Virus record (IMG/VR): IMGVR_UViG_3300030397_000179
Coordinates: 1 to 27,843 of that record
Source: a virus
Lineage: Duplodnaviria; Caudoviricetes
Reading direction: 5' to 3' (one strand)
Length of the DNA stretch: 27,843 nucleotides
Made by a program: the position numbers and the translations under genes. Below the pieces are notes generated by a model. That model made no database searches, was not told the DNA's origin, and saw nothing but the letters and a program-made list of their open reading frames with translations. Every line of letters starts with the position of its first letter. The stretch's first letter is position 1. Below are positions 26,816-27,843 of this stretch, piece after piece.

Positions 26816-27250
26816 TTACCTCTTCAATTCCAAAGATATTGCATCGATAATCTCTCTATTATAAATAATTGATTGATTAGATTGAAAAACAGGAAGAATA
26901 GACAATCCAAATAATACCTTTTTTAACTTTTTTCTGCCTATATCAAAATGAGTCATCAATGCCCCAAAGCTAATAAAAAGGTCAGACTTTGGAAAAATTT
27001 TATTATATTCTGGTTGATATAAAGTTATATACATCGCTTCAAAATTGTTCAACTCATTTGAATCAACTTCTAAAAAATAATATGAATCAAAATCTTTATC
27101 TCGCGCATGAGCATGTATACGCTCAACCATATTTTTTGATTGTCCCACATAAACAACACTATTATCTTTAATTAAAAAATATATACCGCATAATTGAGAG
27201 TACCCACATTTGTTTTCAATGATCTTGTCTAGCCCTATCACTTTAACCAT
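26816..27250 (-). CDS. GIY-YIG nuclease
   Basis: GIYFLIKDNSVVYVGQS..MVERIHAH...E...YQPEYN. Confidence 0.88.
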   Translation of the reverse strand: MVKVIGLDKIIENKCGYSQLCGIYFLIKDNSVVYVGQSKNMVERIHAHARDKDFDSYYFLEVDSNELNNFEAMYITLYQPEYNKIFPKSDLFISFGALMTHFDIGRKKLKKVLFGLSILPVFQSNQSIIYNREIIDAISLELKR

Positions 27251-27843
27251 CCCACAGCCTTTATACGGCCGCTTTCCGTTATCACAGGTACGCTATTCTT
27301 TGTTTCATTTTTGTGAAGCAGTCCAATGGCCTTTAGTTGCGCTACAAGGATTTGATAATTATCATCTGACCAGCCCCTTTGCCGAGCCTGCCGCAAACTA
27401 AACTCTACCCTGTCATTCTCCAGGCAATCCTTGAGCCAATGTCTAAATGCATTTGGGCTTGGCTGGCTAATAACTTGAGTACCGAGTCCATTGCGCAAAT
27501 TTAACGTAACAGTATTTTGATGATAAACGGCCGTTTCTTTTTTAGGCTCACGATAGACAATTTTCTCACCAATACCATCTACAAGGTTAACCCATTCGAT
27601 AGCACGCTCTTTTAATGAATAGACTATGCCCACGCCTGCTATGCCAAGTCCAGCCACAAAAGAAAAAAAAAGAGTGTCAATCATAGGGATATTCAGCGAG
27701 TGTAAAATCGCCATGCTCAAAGATGCCCCTACGAGGAAACATCCCCATGAAAACCTTGTAGAGTAACCCCATACAAAGTCAATGTAGCTAACTGGTAACG
27801 GCCGTTTATTCACTTGCGCTGGACTATCGGATATTGTTCTCAT
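27238..27843 (-). CDS. Membrane protein with two TM segments and a soluble C-terminal domain
   Basis: Hydrophobic stretches at about aa 33-52 and 57-77. The ORF begins at the window edge, so the start is uncertain. Confidence 0.6.
   Translation of the reverse strand: MRTISDSPAQVNKRPLPVSYIDFVWGYSTRFSWGCFLVGASLSMAILHSLNIPMIDTLFFSFVAGLGIAGVGIVYSLKERAIEWVNLVDGIGEKIVYREPKKETAVYHQNTVTLNLRNGLGTQVISQPSPNAFRHWLKDCLENDRVEFSLRQARQRGWSDDNYQILVAQLKAIGLLHKNETKNSVPVITESGRIKAVGWLK

Larger units (their letters stand above)
286..27761. repeat. Dispersed 9-mer ACCTTGTAG/CTACAAGGT, 29 exact copies
   Basis: ACCTTGTAG starts at 884, 2153, 3856, 5593, 6906, 9130, 10552, 11891, 13634, 15037, 18200, 20370, 21594, 23670, 25298, 27753. 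CTACAAGGT starts at 286, 2281, 3981, 6338, 11927, 13109, 15111, 16555, 17368, 20549, 23213, 23948, 27579. Confidence 0.95.
1311..27805. repeat. Dispersed palindrome ACGGCCGT, 11 exact copies
   Basis: Starts at 1311, 5684, 9431, 12935, 16506, 18274, 19024, 20157, 24343, 27527, 27798. Confidence 0.92.
1..27843 (-). mobile_element. Siphovirus-like phage or prophage segment (morphogenesis, lysis and recombination modules)
   Basis: TerL, portal, HK97-type protease/capsid, head-tail connector, tail tube, tail chaperones, tape measure, Dit, endolysin and holin are all co-oriented and tightly packed. No sheath gene, integrase or att site was seen in the window. Confidence 0.97.

Noticed and set aside
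26816-27250. GIY-YIG gene as an intron-encoded homing endonuclease
   Set aside because: It is tightly coupled to flanking ORFs, with no interrupted host gene or intron-sized non-coding flank.
2417-27401. Plus-strand ORFs in the track (e.g. 2417-2728, 9326-9712, 10658-11056, 19604-19933)
   Set aside because: They are antisense shadows of well-supported minus-strand genes and have no recognisable motifs.
286-27761. 9-mer as a by-product of amino-acid or codon bias
   Set aside because: It appears in three frame/strand contexts and in intergenic DNA. Other LQG tripeptides use different codons (e.g. TTG CAG GGG), so the peptide does not force the word.
286-27761. 9-mer as a classical polar Chi/KOPS site or L5-type stoperator
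   Set aside because: Those are strongly oriented relative to replication or transcription. Here the orientations are 16 versus 13 in a region transcribed one way, and most copies are mid-gene.
1-27843. tRNA/rRNA genes or alternative genetic code
   Set aside because: No cloverleaf was recognised in the few intergenic gaps, and standard-code ORFs tile the window densely.

Overview
The whole window is part of a tailed dsDNA phage or prophage with a long non-contractile (siphovirus-like) tail. Every credible gene lies on the minus strand. Read in transcription order (right to left): membrane protein, GIY-YIG nuclease, two small ORFs, a promoter/short leader/terminator, terminase large subunit, a fibre/structural cluster, portal fused to a minor-head-like domain, a lysis cassette, protease-major capsid fusion, head-tail joining genes, tail tube, frameshifted tail chaperones, tape measure, beta-propeller Dit and hub. 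A terminator follows, then a consensus-like sigma70 promoter driving an early/recombination operon (RHH regulator, ERCC4 nuclease, RecT-like protein, PD-(D/E)XK exonuclease, J-domain protein, MazG-like protein, vWA protein). The strongest unexplained signal is in the DNA itself. A non-palindromic 9-mer, ACCTTGTAG/CTACAAGGT, occurs 29 times by eye (about 1 per kb, about 0.2 expected), mostly inside genes. It is evenly spaced per strand, and inverted pairs close two look-alike structured elements after the major virion genes. A second, palindromic 8-mer, ACGGCCGT, occurs 11 times. A Chloroflexota host is inferred but not shown. All counts and coordinates were read by eye and should be recomputed.
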